Below, in pieces: positions 61,591-64,000 of a stretch of DNA of 64,000 nt. Below the pieces are notes generated by a model that saw only the letters and a program-made list of their open reading frames with translations, was not told where the DNA came from and did no database searches. This DNA comes from Octopus sinensis (Eukaryota), in the NCBI RefSeq assembly GCF_006345805.1, contig NC_043002.1, positions 35,464,001 to 35,528,000 on the forward strand, written 5' to 3'. The position numbers and the translations under genes were made by a program. Every line of letters begins with the position of its first letter. Within the stretch, counting starts at the first letter, position 1.

Positions 61591-63503
61591 TATATATATA
61601 TATACATACATACACACATATATATCTCGTGCTTACTTTCAAAACCAGATATATGCATCGGAATGACTTTTGAGCAATTGTTTAAAACAAAATTGAATAT
61701 ATCTGATTTTGATTGGAAGACTAAGATTCAGCAACTGTCTATATGGCATCAATCCCTGTTTGACTGACAAAAATTTCACATACATGAAACCAGCAGCTTG
61801 CAGATTGTGTTTTAATGGTTATCATGAAATTGACCAAATATGCACTAACACTGGTTTTGAAAGCAAGCTCCTCACATATGGAAGGCTATAAAAATAAAAG
61901 AGCAATTTCAGTGTGCATATGAACGTATGTGCATGAGAGTATTGTTATTGTTGTGTAAGTGTATCTTTTACATAGAAGAAAGCATTAGCATATGTATGTT
62001 AGCTTGTTTGTGTTGTGTCAATATAACCCGTTTCAAAGAGAGCTTATTTGTTTTAAGTATATAAGATCAGGTTTGTAGGGAGAGAGTAGGCAGAGTTGAT
62101 TTTCATGAGAAATGCATGTGAGCTAAATAGCACTTGTTACTAATGCTTTCCTCCAGTCCTTAAATTCACCTTTCAGCTAATCAACAGTTTAGTCTTCAAG
62201 AGGGGGTAGTAGTCCCAAATCCAACATTAAATTTGAAGAATGAAAGATGGAAAATGAAGTCCAAAATTGAAACTAGATTAGCAATCAGGATGCTAAGTCA
62301 TGAAATTGCTCATATGAATGCTAGTTGTCATCCTGTTATCTCCAAGATTAATGAAGGGGTATGCCCAAGTGAAATTATTCACTAAGAGGTCACTGAGTAC
62401 TTTAGTTTGAAATCAAGCCACTAAGGAGGTCTGTATGTAGTCATACAATTTGACAGAATTAGTAACAAAATTTCACTGAAATCATGCTCTCCGTTTAAAA
62501 AAGAAAAACGGACAATGCATAGTGTAATCTTAGTCATGTATGAAAAAGGAAGGATGCAGCATGAATGCTTTTAAATAGATCTGCTTGATCAAAGCTAACC
62601 TGGATTTAAACAATTCTGAAATACTCAATGCTGTCTACTAAAGTGCAACATGATCAACTGTTTGTGCTATGTCACAGGAAAAGTGAGGAGTGGAACCAGT
62701 GAAAAGAAGGTGCAGGATCAATGGATAGGTTGATCAAATTAGAGTTTAAGTGATGCAGAAACTTTGGTTCTGATTTTGTGCAACACTTGATTTGTTTTGA
62801 CTCGGTCTCAACACAATCTCTGTAAAGGAGAGATACTAAATGGAGTCAACCCTTCCTTACATTACTGATACATGAAATCTAGAGGGATGAATGCAAAATT
62901 GCTATGCAAGTGTGATTTGAACTTAGAGATCAGCAAGATGCAAAACATTACAATATACAATAAAGCATTTCCCGCTCTACAGTGCCAGCCACTTACCTTT
63001 ACAAGCAGGATGGTTTTTTTCAACATAGGAATGAGGGGAAATTTTGATCCTGTATTTGTCTGGTACTTATTTTGTCAATCTCAGCATGTTGCTGAGGGAT
63101 GTAACCAGACACAAGGTACTCATCACTACTAATGCACCACTCATAAGTATAATTCATGAATTGGATAAAATGTCAATACAATAATACAAAATACAGTGGT
63201 GAACAATACTTGATATAAGAATCTTGTGTATATTAGAAGTGTCTATTTTTACCAGATCAACATTGAGATTGAATTTCAGATACATAATACCAGAACAATG
63301 ACCTGAAACACTAGGGAGATGTGCATGTACCAATACATGAATATAGTGTTTGATGTGAGAATATTGAGGAAGGTCAGGATGTAGAAAATGTTCAAGTATT
63401 GCTGACTTGCCCAACTGTCTCTGTAGACAAAATGGTGGTGATGTAATGATGATAATCATGGTAACGTTGGTGGCAGTGATTGCAATGATATAGAATGACA
63501 TAC

Positions 63504-63605
63504 CTGTTTAGGTTCTTCTATATGAGGTCGATGGATACGTTGTTTCAATGCAAAAGCAGGAGAGGCTGGAATAGTCACTGGAAGAGATTCAGCTTCTTTC
63601 ACACC
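63504..63605 (-). CDS. TPX2: TPX2 coding exon (102 bp); upstream exons lie beyond the window
   Basis: TTTCAG|GGTGTG...CAG|GTATGT; GVKEAESLPVTIPASPAFALKQRIHRPHIEEPKQ aligns with human GVPEKKVLPITVPKSPAFALKNR. Confidence 0.95.
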
Positions 63606-64000
63606 CTGAAATAAAAGAAATCAACAATGACAGAAACCGGCTATTCTTTCTTTATCAACTCAAAATACACCACACCATGCAACACAAGCTACACAACACC
63701 AACACATAGGAAGCTAGTATGGTCAATCATCTATACCTAAATTTCCTCCAAACCACACCATCCAAAAATAAAGCAAGATGGTCATGGTAAGAAAGACTGA
63801 CTACAGGCCTGATTAATTAGGATTGACCTGAGACTAAACAAAATCTTTTAAGCAGTCCACTTCACAAAAGTGTTTCAGGTTAGAACAAATATTACAAAGA
63901 AAAAGTAAAATTATTAAGTACCACAACTCCTCGAAGTATTTCAGTAGGAACAGGCTGAGCACGGAATCGGTAATCAATTTCATCATCAGTACAAGCCCTC

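Overview
Eukaryotic, AT-rich, repeat-dense genomic DNA. The SINE/RTE repertoire and microsatellite load point to a cephalopod (Octopus-like); that assignment is an inference. None of the long ORFs in the supplied track is a host gene. Two spliced host genes lie on the minus strand, reconstructed by hand with GT-AG sites and consistent phases. (1) A glutathione S-transferase kappa gene (GSTK1), coding exons 1-7 at 41008..5497, about 213 codons; the last exon was not found and probably lies left of the window. (2) The last five coding exons of TPX2 (63605..54115); the 5' part lies right of the window. Introns and the intergenic gap hold RTE, CR1 and R4-like LINE relics, tRNA-derived SINEs, two mariner copies, several MITEs, three Helitron families, a Gypsy pol relic, a solo LTR and two Penelope-like fragments. 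Most notable: a copy-number-variable array of double-hairpin units in the RTE LINE 3' UTR (12 x ~67 bp, with compensatory changes); a minimal hammerhead-ribozyme motif in sense orientation ~120 nt upstream of a TPX2 acceptor; a perfect head-to-tail Helitron junction; a CpG-rich candidate alternative first exon in GSTK1 intron 1; and a solo LTR with an apparent 3-bp target duplication. No prokaryotic-type system or CRISPR array is supported.
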